The notes under the pieces were generated by a model. The model was not told where the DNA came from. It ran no database searches and saw only the letters and a program-made list of their open reading frames with translations. A DNA stretch of 64,000 nucleotides from assembly GCA_038227875.1 (NCBI GenBank), contig JBBRPR010000044.1, forward strand, positions 9,569-73,568, written 5' to 3'. Source of the stretch: Planctomycetota bacterium. GTDB lineage: Bacteria; Planctomycetota; SZUA-567; H5-PLA8. Shown here in pieces: positions 19,555 through 29,118 of this stretch. A program made the position numbers and the translations under genes. Numbering within the stretch: position 1 is the stretch's first letter; every line of letters begins with the position of its first letter.

Positions 19555-20072
19555 TCCGTCGACCCGCGCGAGGCTACGCATTGCTCAATGAATTGATCTT
19601 CGCGCTGGTGCTGTTGTTTGTCTTCCTAAGTCTCGCCTCAATTGAAATGAGGTCGGTTGCGCGCGCGTCGCAGAACAATGCCAGAGGCGCGACGGAGCTC
19701 CTCGTCGCCACGCGCTTTGCCGAACGGTTCCGCGACGACGTGCGGCAAGCGCGTTCAGTGCAGATAGAGCGCGAGGGCAGTTCCGTGCTGCTGACGGAAG
19801 CCGACGAGGAAGTCGTATATCGCATCTCAACCGAAATGCGCCTGGAGCGCGTACAGGTGAAGTCTGGCGACGTTGACAGCGGCCCGTTCGTGCAGACCTC
19901 CCAGTATGCGCTCGACGAGACGCAACAGCGCCGCTTTCTTCACGCGCGTTGGGAATGCCTGGCGGAGATCGATCCCGCGCAAGACCTCTCCGATCCGGCG
20001 CGGCCAGCGCCGCGTACGCTGATTCTCGATACCGCGCTGCGCGCTGAAGTTGCTGAGGAGCCGAAAAGATGA
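19551..20072 (+). CDS. Minor pseudopilin, GspJ/PilW-like
   Basis: RG|YALLNELIFAL hydrophobic helix and FRDDVRQA. ATGA overlap. Confidence 0.7.
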   Translation: MIRRPARGYALLNELIFALVLLFVFLSLASIEMRSVARASQNNARGATELLVATRFAERFRDDVRQARSVQIEREGSSVLLTEADEEVVYRISTEMRLERVQVKSGDVDSGPFVQTSQYALDETQQRRFLHARWECLAEIDPAQDLSDPARPAPRTLILDTALRAEVAEEPKR

Positions 20073-20524
20073 GCAGAAAACACCGCGGTGTGGCGCTCAC
20101 GTTCGTACTGCTCCTGATCGCCCTGCTGCTGGCCATCGTCTCTGCTGGCGCACTGCTTCTGCCGCTGCAAACGCGGGCGCTCGATGAACATTACGAATAC
20201 GAAGCCTGCCGCGCGCTCTCAGACGCTGCGCTTGAAGAAGCCGCCGCCCACCTCGACGCTGGAGAGTCGCCGGAATTCAGTCGTGAACTTTCCGTCGGAG
20301 GCGAAAAAGGATTCGCCAAAACGTTGCAGTTGGGTAAGTCCGATCGCGAACGCGAACTGATCATCACTACCCGCATGCCTGCCACTCAAGCATCTCGCAT
20401 CGACAACCTGGCCCGCGAATGGAATCTCACCCTGCGAACCACGCTGCTTAAAAGCAAGCAGGGCTGGCGAGTGGCAAGCGTCGCGCTGCTCTCCGCAAAA
20501 ATTGCTGCTGTTTCTCAAAAATAG
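20069..20524 (+). CDS. Short GspK/PilX-like minor pilin
   Basis: RG|VALTFVLLLIALL without Glu5, and the A..LSDAALEEA motif. ATGA overlap. Confidence 0.7.
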   Translation: MSRKHRGVALTFVLLLIALLLAIVSAGALLLPLQTRALDEHYEYEACRALSDAALEEAAAHLDAGESPEFSRELSVGGEKGFAKTLQLGKSDRERELIITTRMPATQASRIDNLAREWNLTLRTTLLKSKQGWRVASVALLSAKIAAVSQK

Positions 20525-20551
20525 TGCGCATGATTTCCCCGCCCACGATGC

Positions 20552-20608
20552 TCTAATAATTTTATTAGACCGAAAAATATTGCTAAACGCACTTCACTGG
20601 TTTATAGA
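20552..20608 (+). promoter_or_regulatory. Putative sigma-70 promoter with an upstream inverted-repeat operator
   Basis: TCTAATAA-TT-TTATTAGA (20552-20569), then TTGCTA-N17-TATAGA (20580-20608), upstream of the second pilin cassette. Confidence 0.5.
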
Positions 20609-20677
20609 GTAGACAGATGGACAGATTGGTCTTTTGCACGTGAAACCTGTAATTTTGACTCGAGAGACGCCTCTGCA

Positions 20678-21268
20678 ATGGTTCGTTGTGTACCTTACTC
20701 TTCACGACGACCGGTCCCAGCGCGCGGGCTCACGCTGATCGAAGTGATGATCGCGATGTTCATCTTTCTTGTCGGCATCATGGGCGTGCTTGCCGCGATG
20801 CCGACCGGCATTGACAGCGCACTGGCCGTGGTGGAACAGGATGCGGCGATCCACCTGGTTCATTCGAAGTTCGCCGAATTCCGCCGTGACCGCGTCGATC
20901 CGCCGACCGATCTGATTCCCGGCAGCGGCTACCTTCCTTCTGGCGGTGGGTACACCGCAGGCGCGCAGGAGCCGTACAATCTGACGTCGGGCGCTCCGTG
21001 GCGCGATTTCGCGTCCGATCCCGGCCAGCCCTACGAATACTTCGATGACATCAAGCGCTACGAGTGGCGCGTCGAGACCAGTCCCGTCACCGCGGAGACC
21101 ACCGGCAATCCGGCGCCTGCGGCCGGTTACCTGGCGCCCAGTGTCTCGGGTGGCGTGGGCACGCCGCTGAATCTCACCCGCATCACCATCGCGGTGCGCG
21201 CGCACAAATCGCTGCGCGAATACACCTTTACGCAATACCTGTGTTCGGCCGATCCGAAAGCGAAATGA
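20678..21268 (+). CDS. Prepilin-type N-methylation protein, PilV/GspI-like
   Basis: RG|LTLIEVMIAMFIFLVGIMGVLAAMPTG. Confidence 0.85.
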   Translation: MVRCVPYSSRRPVPARGLTLIEVMIAMFIFLVGIMGVLAAMPTGIDSALAVVEQDAAIHLVHSKFAEFRRDRVDPPTDLIPGSGYLPSGGGYTAGAQEPYNLTSGAPWRDFASDPGQPYEYFDDIKRYEWRVETSPVTAETTGNPAPAAGYLAPSVSGGVGTPLNLTRITIAVRAHKSLREYTFTQYLCSADPKAK

Positions 21269-22104
21269 AAAACGGGAAAGGACGCGAACACATGGTTCCA
21301 TTGCCACTGGTCTTTGCGACGCGTCGCCGCTTCCCCGCTACTGGCTTTTCGCTGGTTGAACTGCTGCTGGTGATGTTCGTCGTCACGCTGCTCTGCGCGA
21401 TCGCGGTTCCCACGTTCTCCAAATTCGTCAAGACGTCCAAAGTCGATCAGGCTTCCAAGATCGTGATCTCCGCGATGTACCACGCGCGCTCCGAAGCGCA
21501 GCGCTTCCGCACGGCTGTCGGCGTGTTCTACGGCGACACCTGCACGACCTTCTCGCCCGCGCCGCTGCCGGGCGTTGTGCCGCCGGACAGCACCATTGAA
21601 CTCTGGACCGTGCGCACCGTCAGCTACTCCGGTTACGGCACCGAATGCGAACCCTACGCTCCCGAGCAGCCGGCCAGCGATCCGTATCCCGTCTGGTACC
21701 CGTACCGCTTCAAGGACCGCAAGCTCGACCAGACCTACACGCTCCCCTCCGGCATCCGCGTGATGGCCGGGGCCTATACGCCGAGCGGAAACAAGGGATT
21801 CTTCAATTTCGCCTGCTACCGCAAAGATCCCAAGGGCGAGATCAAGCGCCACCACACGGTCTATGACGGCCGCGGCTCGATGCCGTCGTATCTCAATTAC
21901 GCGTACGCTTGGTTTCACGTCGTCGTCTTTGATGAGGCTTCCGGCGATCACGTTATCATTGAAGCCGGGCAGTGGCAGTCATCCACGCGACCGCGCATTC
22001 TTCCCGGCCGCATCACGGACATCGGCGTTTCGGGCAACAGCGTTCATCTCGCGAAGCCCGCCGATCTGGCGCACGCGCTGGATGCCTTCCCGGGAAACTC
22101 ATGA
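21265..22104 (+). CDS. Prepilin-type protein, FimT/GspH-like
   Basis: G|FSLVELLLVMFV...AVPTF...ARSEAQR. ATGA overlap with the previous gene. Confidence 0.85.
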   Translation: MKNGKGREHMVPLPLVFATRRRFPATGFSLVELLLVMFVVTLLCAIAVPTFSKFVKTSKVDQASKIVISAMYHARSEAQRFRTAVGVFYGDTCTTFSPAPLPGVVPPDSTIELWTVRTVSYSGYGTECEPYAPEQPASDPYPVWYPYRFKDRKLDQTYTLPSGIRVMAGAYTPSGNKGFFNFACYRKDPKGEIKRHHTVYDGRGSMPSYLNYAYAWFHVVVFDEASGDHVIIEAGQWQSSTRPRILPGRITDIGVSGNSVHLAKPADLAHALDAFPGNS

Positions 22105-23117
22105 CCATGCCCGCGACCAAATTCCGTGCGGGCTTTACGCTCGTCGAAATGATGCTGGTGCTCTTCGTCTCGATGCTCTTGATGACGATGGTGATGCCGG
22201 TGTTCCGCGTCTCGACCCGCGCCGTCCAGACCATCGAACGCAAACTCGCCGTCTACGAAGCGGCGCGCAACATCCTCGACGTGATCGAGATCGAAATTCA
22301 GCAGGCGGCGCTGAACGAACGCGGCGAACACTTCTCGCTCAAGCGCGTCACCTTCACGGACACCGATCCGTTCACGCCGTCCGCCGTCACCCGCTTTTTT
22401 GGCTCCAAGCGCGAAGCCGGATCGATTAACTACCTCAAGCACCAGCCAGGCGGTTTGAATTACAATTCCTCCACGCCCTACCGCGGCGGCATGCCCTTCG
22501 CGCTCTGCTATTCCACCAGCGCCGGCACGATCAACGAAGGCTACCTCGGCTCGGTCAATTCGACGCTGCTCTACAACGTCACCGATCAGACAGCCAAACT
22601 CGCGGACGTCTCGCAGATCGAATGTAAGCCGCACGCCAATCCTAAAAACGAGCCGCCGTACTATACGACCGATCCGGTCACGCACGTTTCGACCGGCCAT
22701 CTCGGCGACGAACCCGATGACTGGTCCGCGCCCGGACACGAAGTCAACGCGCCCAAGTACATCGAATGCGGCGGCAGCAGTTACTACCAGTTCGACATCA
22801 CGCCGATCAAGACCATCGACATCGTTTTCGCGTACTGGGACGCGACGACCAGCACGTGGAACGACGTCCCCGACGGTTCTGCGATCTATTTCGCGCCGCC
22901 GCCCAAAGCCGTGCGCGTCACCATTCTCGTCTGCGATTTCCAGAAGCGCGCCACCGGCATCTTTTCGCGTGTCGTCGCGCTGCCCTGCGGCTGGGGCAAC
23001 GGCGTCGTCACCGATTCCCGCGACGGTGTACTCACCGATCCGTCTACGCCGCTCTACAACCGCACCAAGGACTTGAAGAAAATCGATCCCGCCATCTTCG
23101 GTACGGCCGGGCCTTGA
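22101..23117 (+). CDS. Prepilin-type protein, PilW/GspJ-like
   Basis: AG|FTLVEMMLVL...ARNILDVIEIEIQQA and C-terminal PKAVRVTI...FSRVVALP. ATGA overlap. Confidence 0.85.
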   Translation: MTMPATKFRAGFTLVEMMLVLFVSMLLMTMVMPVFRVSTRAVQTIERKLAVYEAARNILDVIEIEIQQAALNERGEHFSLKRVTFTDTDPFTPSAVTRFFGSKREAGSINYLKHQPGGLNYNSSTPYRGGMPFALCYSTSAGTINEGYLGSVNSTLLYNVTDQTAKLADVSQIECKPHANPKNEPPYYTTDPVTHVSTGHLGDEPDDWSAPGHEVNAPKYIECGGSSYYQFDITPIKTIDIVFAYWDATTSTWNDVPDGSAIYFAPPPKAVRVTILVCDFQKRATGIFSRVVALPCGWGNGVVTDSRDGVLTDPSTPLYNRTKDLKKIDPAIFGTAGP

Positions 23118-23164
23118 GCGTCAGGAATCGGAATTCGTTCTCGAGCAAGCAGGAGTTGCCAGCG

Positions 23165-25348
23165 ATGTCGAAAGTCAAAACATCAAAATCCCGTTCGCCG
23201 CGAGCGTTCATTCTGCTCGTCGTGGTCGGATTGCTGGCCGTGATGCTCGGCATCTGCATCAGTTTCATCTCGCTGACCCGCACCGAAGTCGCTTCCGTCT
23301 CCCACATCCGCGACAAGGCCGATCTCGCTGATCTGACCGTGACGGCCATCGACTGGACCGCCGCGAACATCCAGCAGGCGCTGATCGATCCAGCGACCAA
23401 CCTGGTCAAATCCAACGCGGTGATCTCTTCCACGCACAACACCGCCGATCCCAATTACTGCTGGTGGTACCGCACCTACGACCAAGGCGTCAGCACGTGG
23501 TTTCCAACCTGCAAAGCAAACGACGAAGCCCAATGGGTCTGGATGCCCCAGTCGCATTTTCCCGGCGGCGGCGTGCGCGGGCGTTTCGCCGTCCAGGTGC
23601 TCGATCCCAACGCCTTCATCAACGTCAACGATTGGCTCAACGACTGCAACCCCACGCAGTGCCAGATGGCCAACATGATGATGGACGCTCTCGGCGGCGG
23701 CTTCATCGAATACCAGCGCGCCAACCGCGACAGCCTCTGGACGCAGGCGCAACAGGATAATTATTGGGCGTGGGTCAAACCACCGTGGCGCTACAACGCC
23801 TGCTGGCGCGTGGCTTCCAGAACCGTGCGCTACGACGGTTGGTCCGCCGATCCGAACCAGATGTCCCCCCACTGGATCACCACCAACACGACGTGGATGA
23901 GCCTCCTCGGACCGGAAGCGCGCAGCCTCCGCGCCTCGGCCAATGCCGACCGACTGTCCCCATGGACGTTCCTGGGGCTGCCGGGCATGAGTGTCTACGC
24001 ATTCACCGATCCGGACACCGGACGCAGTCCGGTCAACGTGAATACGTGTTTCAACTCCGGCGACTCGCAGTTGACCAACGTCTGGGGCGGCGCGCTGACC
24101 TTTACGCTCAACGGCGTCTTCAACGTCGAATCGCTCCGGCGCATCATCAAGATCGGCGATTTCTGGAACGGCACCACCTATCGCAATGCACAGAAGGACG
24201 CCGCCACACTCACCGCTGCCGAAAAAACACAGGTCGAACGCCTGCGCGCGAAACTCGCCTTTCAGTATCAGGAATTGCTCTGCCGTTACTTTTCGGCCAC
24301 CTATGGAGCGGACTACAATTACGCCGCCTATCCTCTGCGCGGCTACGGTCCCGACACCGGTGCCCATGAAAACACATTCTACAATCCGATCGTGCAGCCC
24401 TTCACGGTCGCGAAGAATTATTACAACACCTACGCCGGCTCGATTCCCGCTGCCGAAATCAGCAAAGTCAAACATGCGGTGCAAAAGTCCGACAATTCCG
24501 CGACGCGCTTTCCCTGCGGCCCGTCGACCTTTCGACAGTGGGTCAAGGACGACCTGCGCGTCATCGCGACCAATAATAAGAACAGCAAGTACACTGGCAC
24601 CAACAACGACGGCAAGGAAACCGTCGGCGTCGACAAGAACGGTAACTTCGAAATCGCGCCCGGCAAGATGGACGCCCGCACCGCCAGCGCCGTTTTTGAT
24701 AACATCGTCCCCGGCAAGGCGTATCTGTTCAGCGCCGCCGAAGAACCCAACGTCGAAGTCCGCGACCCGCTCAGCCAGCTCTACGCGCAGCGAATCGGTC
24801 GGGACGAAACGCAGGAGCCGGATCCCACCATGGACGTGCTCGGCTTCGTCGCCGCCGACACGCGCGGCGGTAAGGACATCTCCGGAGCCACCGTGCCCTA
24901 CCGGCAGCTCGTCTTCGGACCGGATTGGTTTTCGACAGAGCTGACCACTGCGTCGACCACGTTTTACCTCGTGATCAACACGCAGTTGATCGACAGCAGC
25001 ACCGCCGCCTCGGCCAATCCGACCGTGCTGCAACAGCACCAGGTTGTCGCGGTCGTCGAAGTCGCGCCGGGATTGGAAGTCACCGATGTCGGCGAAGACG
25101 GCACCGCGAAGGGACTGCACTACTACCGCGACGGCAAGCCCAACTATTTCAAAACCTCACCGGCCGGAAACATCGACAGCATGGACACCGGCTGCAACAC
25201 GCTGCCGCCCAACGATCACACGTCCATTCCCAGCGCCTGGGCCGACTATCATGGCACTGTCAACCCTGCGGCGTTCTATCAGCCCAAGTCCCAGAACAAA
25301 GCACGCGTGACCGTGCGCGCGTTCTGGGACCTCAACGCGATGCAATAA
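23165..25348 (+). CDS. Large PilX/GspK-like pilin-cassette protein
   Basis: RA|FILLVVVGLLAVML..SF without Glu5, GRFAVQVLD..AFINVN and PVNVNT motifs. RBS AGGAG upstream. Confidence 0.75.
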   Translation: MSKVKTSKSRSPRAFILLVVVGLLAVMLGICISFISLTRTEVASVSHIRDKADLADLTVTAIDWTAANIQQALIDPATNLVKSNAVISSTHNTADPNYCWWYRTYDQGVSTWFPTCKANDEAQWVWMPQSHFPGGGVRGRFAVQVLDPNAFINVNDWLNDCNPTQCQMANMMMDALGGGFIEYQRANRDSLWTQAQQDNYWAWVKPPWRYNACWRVASRTVRYDGWSADPNQMSPHWITTNTTWMSLLGPEARSLRASANADRLSPWTFLGLPGMSVYAFTDPDTGRSPVNVNTCFNSGDSQLTNVWGGALTFTLNGVFNVESLRRIIKIGDFWNGTTYRNAQKDAATLTAAEKTQVERLRAKLAFQYQELLCRYFSATYGADYNYAAYPLRGYGPDTGAHENTFYNPIVQPFTVAKNYYNTYAGSIPAAEISKVKHAVQKSDNSATRFPCGPSTFRQWVKDDLRVIATNNKNSKYTGTNNDGKETVGVDKNGNFEIAPGKMDARTASAVFDNIVPGKAYLFSAAEEPNVEVRDPLSQLYAQRIGRDETQEPDPTMDVLGFVAADTRGGKDISGATVPYRQLVFGPDWFSTELTTASTTFYLVINTQLIDSSTAASANPTVLQQHQVVAVVEVAPGLEVTDVGEDGTAKGLHYYRDGKPNYFKTSPAGNIDSMDTGCNTLPPNDHTSIPSAWADYHGTVNPAAFYQPKSQNKARVTVRAFWDLNAMQ

Positions 25349-25371
25349 ATTTTCTGAGAGGAAAGGTTCCG

Positions 25372-26250
25372 ATGCTCGGTTCGCCGCACGTGAAAAAAAT
25401 CGCACCCAAGCCACCCGTGGAACGCGTGCCAGCGCCACCGCGCATCGCCGCGATTCTTCGCCGGCCAGGCAGCACGCTGATCGACGCCGTCGCTGTACCG
25501 GGCGTTCACACCGCCACCGGTAATGCCGACACGGGTCCGGCGCCGCGCGCGCGAATCAGTACACCGCTGCTGATCACTGTCGTCAGCGTTCTAATCGCGC
25601 TGGGCATCGGCGCGGTGATGTACTTCAAGTCCTCCGCGCGCCAGGAACTGAACTCTGCCACCGCCGCCACGCAGCGCGAGATCTCCGAACTGCTCGACGC
25701 CGGCGCGTATCCCGAGGCGTACCAGAAACTGACGCGCATGGAATCCACGCTCAAAGACGGACACGGTGAATGGCGCTCGTCGGTCGCGCAGCAGGCAGTC
25801 GGAGCTGAATACGAAAAGCTCAGCCAGTGGATGCGCACCACCTACGGTGCCAAAACCCAGCTCGAACGCGACGTCGTCCACGCGCTGCTGACCTTCGATC
25901 CCACTGGAGGAACCGGCATCCGCTATACGTCCGTCCGCGTCATCGACAACGTGCTGACGCTCGGCGCCGTGCGTCCGAACACCGCCGCTGTCGCGCCGTC
26001 CACCATCGCCACCGCGCCGGTTCCCAATGCCGCACTCGAACCTCCGCCCACCGACTCCGAGCACGCCGGCACGCGCAGCTTGACCCAGGCCGCCCTCACG
26101 CAGCGCCCCGACGACAACGACAGCCAGCTGATCGCCCACGCGCTCTTCCATTCCTTCCCGTCGCTGGAACGCATCGAGATCGCCTGGACTGGCCCTAACG
26201 GCGAAGCGCTCCCCGCGTTCTCGCTCGCTCAGAACGCAACAATGCACTGA
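25372..26250 (+). CDS. Hypothetical single-pass membrane protein
   Basis: Pro-rich N-terminus, one TM helix (LLITVVSVLIALGIGAVMYF), host-like codon usage; follows the pilin cassette. Confidence 0.7.
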   Translation: MLGSPHVKKIAPKPPVERVPAPPRIAAILRRPGSTLIDAVAVPGVHTATGNADTGPAPRARISTPLLITVVSVLIALGIGAVMYFKSSARQELNSATAATQREISELLDAGAYPEAYQKLTRMESTLKDGHGEWRSSVAQQAVGAEYEKLSQWMRTTYGAKTQLERDVVHALLTFDPTGGTGIRYTSVRVIDNVLTLGAVRPNTAAVAPSTIATAPVPNAALEPPPTDSEHAGTRSLTQAALTQRPDDNDSQLIAHALFHSFPSLERIEIAWTGPNGEALPAFSLAQNATMH

Positions 26251-26323
26251 GCAGTACTTACGTCGCTGGACTTAAAGCGCATCGCTTTCAGAATTTTTTG
26301 TCGCTGAACGCGCGCGTCTCCAC

Positions 26324-26358
26324 TCAATCCTCAGTCCTCAGTCCTCGCTTTTCAGTCC
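26324..26358. repeat. Heptamer tandem repeat (TCAGTCC-type)
   Basis: TCAATCC TCAGTCC TCAGTCC TCGCTTT TCAGTCC, between convergent genes. Confidence 0.6.
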
Positions 26359-27617
26359 TTCTTCTCCCCTACTGCCTCCGCCATCAGCGCGTACCAATGC
26401 AACGTGGTCAAAATCGCGGACGACGGCATGCCCTTGTAGGGATAGCCGGGGAGCGTGACGACGGCGTCCCACTTTTCCCAGCTCGATTTCACCGTCGTGA
26501 CGTGCTCGTCATTCGGACCGTCGTCGGCGACGATCACGGCCGCATCGGCGCCGGCTGTCCGCGCTTTGTCGACAGCCTCCTTGGGAAACGCGAGGTAACC
26601 GACGAACAGCAGCAGATCGCCGGTGTGTAAACCCTGCGGCGCTTCCCAGGTCCACGACGGGCCGAAGACAACCACGCGCGTCAGTTCGGCTGGCACGATC
26701 GCACCGCGGGCGTGGACGTGGCCTTCGGTGATCGTCCAGACGGCGGCCTTGCGGCGTTGCGCGTCGGCGACGCGCGCGGCGGCTTTGCGCAACTGCTGCG
26801 ACTGGCCGCTCTCCAGAAACGCGGCGATCTGGCGGCGACAAACAGTGAGGTACTCGCGGCCGAGCTTGCCGCCGGGGATGGCGTCGATCTTCGGCTCATC
26901 CAGCACCGACTTGGCTTTGATCTTCTCATCGAATTCGTTGGCGCCCGGAGCGAAAATGCTGCCGAGCACCGAGGGTGTCTTGCCCTTGCGCGAAATTGCG
27001 GCGGCGATTTCCGCTTCCAACGCCCACGTCACGGCCAGCGTGCTCATCTGTCCAATCGCGACGGCCTCCATCGATCCGCCCACGGGCGCCTGTGTATCAA
27101 GAAAGTACAGCCCTGCTTTCCAGCGGTCCTTGTTGATCATTTCGCCGAGGCGTTCCAACTGCGGCCAATTGTGGCTGCCGATGTGGACGGTCAGGGCTTG
27201 CGTCAGGCTGCCGTAACTTCCGACAAAAGGTCCGGATCTGAAAAAGCGCGCGCCCTTGTCGCCGGCAGAGATCACGCCGATCAACAGCACGTCATTTTTC
27301 TCCATGCGCTGGACGCCGTTCCACGTCTTCACGCCCGCGAGGCCGCCGGCGCGAAAATCGAGCTCATCGCAGAATGCCGGGTCGCCGGCGATGTAGAGCG
27401 TGCCGCCCGCGATCAGCTTGTCGGCGATGGCTTCAGCAATCGGGACGAGCTCATCGGGTTTGTTGGATTTCAAATACGCATCAATCCACGCGATTCCGGC
27501 CGCGTGAATCTTCTCGGAGACGCCGTCGCCGGATTTGTCGGGAGGAAGTTCCGCACCGAACGAAAAGGACTGCAACAAAACGACAAGCGCTACGAGCATC
27601 AACAGGGTCTGGTTCAC
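26352..27617 (-). CDS. Secreted hypothetical protein with two SIS-like (sugar-isomerase-fold) halves
   Basis: Signal peptide. Parallel segments IAEAIADKLIAGGTLYIAG...RAGGL...NDVLLI and AAARVADAQRRKAAVWTITEGH...GDLLLF. Confidence 0.6.
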   Translation of the reverse strand: MNQTLLMLVALVVLLQSFSFGAELPPDKSGDGVSEKIHAAGIAWIDAYLKSNKPDELVPIAEAIADKLIAGGTLYIAGDPAFCDELDFRAGGLAGVKTWNGVQRMEKNDVLLIGVISAGDKGARFFRSGPFVGSYGSLTQALTVHIGSHNWPQLERLGEMINKDRWKAGLYFLDTQAPVGGSMEAVAIGQMSTLAVTWALEAEIAAAISRKGKTPSVLGSIFAPGANEFDEKIKAKSVLDEPKIDAIPGGKLGREYLTVCRRQIAAFLESGQSQQLRKAAARVADAQRRKAAVWTITEGHVHARGAIVPAELTRVVVFGPSWTWEAPQGLHTGDLLLFVGYLAFPKEAVDKARTAGADAAVIVADDGPNDEHVTTVKSSWEKWDAVVTLPGYPYKGMPSSAILTTLHWYALMAEAVGEKKD

Positions 27618-27701
27618 GTTGCATCTCCTGGGATAAGAATGCGACGGTACCGACTTCCGCTGATTTGCGCAACGGGCGACTGCCTGACCGATTTTGAACG
27701 G

Positions 27702-27851
27702 TCAGTGCCGCTTGAAATACTGCACTTCCCGCTCGTGTTTTTCCGCTGCCGCGCGCGTGTCGAAGGTGCCGAGATTGCGGCGCTTTCCCGTCTTCGCATT
27801 GGTTTTACGCGAATAGAGCCGATAACCGCCCGACGCCAATTTTCGAATCAT
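27702..27851 (-). CDS. Small basic conserved hypothetical protein (49 aa)
   Basis: MIRKLASGGYRLYSRK...GKRRNLGTFDTRAAAEKHEREVQYFKRH, with RBS GGAGG. I recognise this as a widespread small-protein family. Confidence 0.8.
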   Translation of the reverse strand: MIRKLASGGYRLYSRKTNAKTGKRRNLGTFDTRAAAEKHEREVQYFKRH

Positions 27852-27910
27852 GTTGAAGACCTCCCCTGCGTTCGCCCGGAATGCGAATCGCAAAGGTCGG
27901 TCCGTTCATC

Positions 27911-28360
27911 TCACTTCGTTTTCGTCATTTCGAATTTTCCGCGTTCTTCCAGGCTATCGTATTCGCCGCTGAATTTATCGGCCGTCAGCTGCAGTCGAAA
28001 GGTGAGCGTGCCGGCCGGCTTGCCCATGTCGACGGAGCCATTGGTTGAACCATCGGCTTTCACTTTCAACTTCACGGTCACGGCTTCTTTCATAAAGCCC
28101 GGCGCCTTGAAGACTGCAGTGACTTCATTGCCGGTTCCAGCCGTCAGCGTGCAGGCGAGATCGCCGCCCTGGCCGTTGTACTTCCAGATGTCAACCCACT
28201 TGCCGCTCCAGTCGCCCGCCAATTTCGCGGTGTCCGCGGCGGTGGCGTCGGGCTTTTTGCCGGTTTCGGCTTCCTTATCCGCCTCGGCGTGAACCGCTCC
28301 GGAGCAGAGCAGCAGCACGAGGATGAACCAGCGGGCATAGGTGAGCGACGTTCGGAGCAT
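27911..28360 (-). CDS. Secreted small beta-rich hypothetical protein
   Basis: Signal peptide ending AVHA; LAGDWSGKW...FSGEY...GKFEMTK. Confidence 0.75.
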   Translation of the reverse strand: MLRTSLTYARWFILVLLLCSGAVHAEADKEAETGKKPDATAADTAKLAGDWSGKWVDIWKYNGQGGDLACTLTAGTGNEVTAVFKAPGFMKEAVTVKLKVKADGSTNGSVDMGKPAGTLTFRLQLTADKFSGEYDSLEERGKFEMTKTK

Positions 28361-28569
28361 TGTTGCATTCCTCTTAGAAGGGGCGAATTCAGTCTACTGA
28401 CGCGGCGGCGACACATAGCGCGACGACAACCTGATATTCCAATCTTCACACGAACATGACTTGTTTGCACCTCGTTCCTGGGAATAACGGGTGGGGCGAA
28501 ACAATCATTTACCTGTGGCTCATTCTTTGATGAGCTTGGGCGACAATGAAATCCAAGGAGGCGCAGAAA

Positions 28570-29118
28570 ATGGGCATCATCGATCCGATGTTGATGGAAT
28601 TTGATCACGAAATGGGCACCGGGCGCAAGATCCTCGAGATTGTTCCGGAACAGCATTTCAGTTTCAAGCCGCATCCCAAGTCGATGACGATGGGCCAGCT
28701 CGCCGGTCATCTCGCGGAAATTCCCGGCTGGACCACGGTCACGCTGACGCAGGACGTGCTGGAAATGGACGGCTCGTACAAACCCGCGCGCCCCGAAACG
28801 GTCAAGGAACTGCTGGCGCTGTTTGACAAAAATGTCGCCGACGCGAAGACCACGATGAAGGGCATTAAGGATGACCAGTTGATGACGATGTGGTCGATGA
28901 AAGTCGGCGGCAAGGTTGTGCTCTCGATGCCGAAAATCGCGGTGCTCCGCGCGTTCATTTTCAGCCACTTCATCCATCACCGCGCGCAACTGGGCGTATA
29001 CCTGCGCCTGAAGGACGTGGCGCTGCCGCAGGTGTACGGACCCACGGCCGACGCGCAAGGTTTTAACCATAATACCCTGGCGACAATTGTCGCTAGGGTC
29101 CTGTGTTGGTCATTTTGA
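28570..29118 (+). CDS. DinB-family protein
   Basis: FKPHPKSMTMGQLAGHLAE and HFIHHRAQLGVYLRL..V..PQVYGP, with RBS AAGGAGG. The true stop is probably near 29066 (see findings). Confidence 0.9.
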   Translation: MGIIDPMLMEFDHEMGTGRKILEIVPEQHFSFKPHPKSMTMGQLAGHLAEIPGWTTVTLTQDVLEMDGSYKPARPETVKELLALFDKNVADAKTTMKGIKDDQLMTMWSMKVGGKVVLSMPKIAVLRAFIFSHFIHHRAQLGVYLRLKDVALPQVYGPTADAQGFNHNTLATIVARVLCWSF

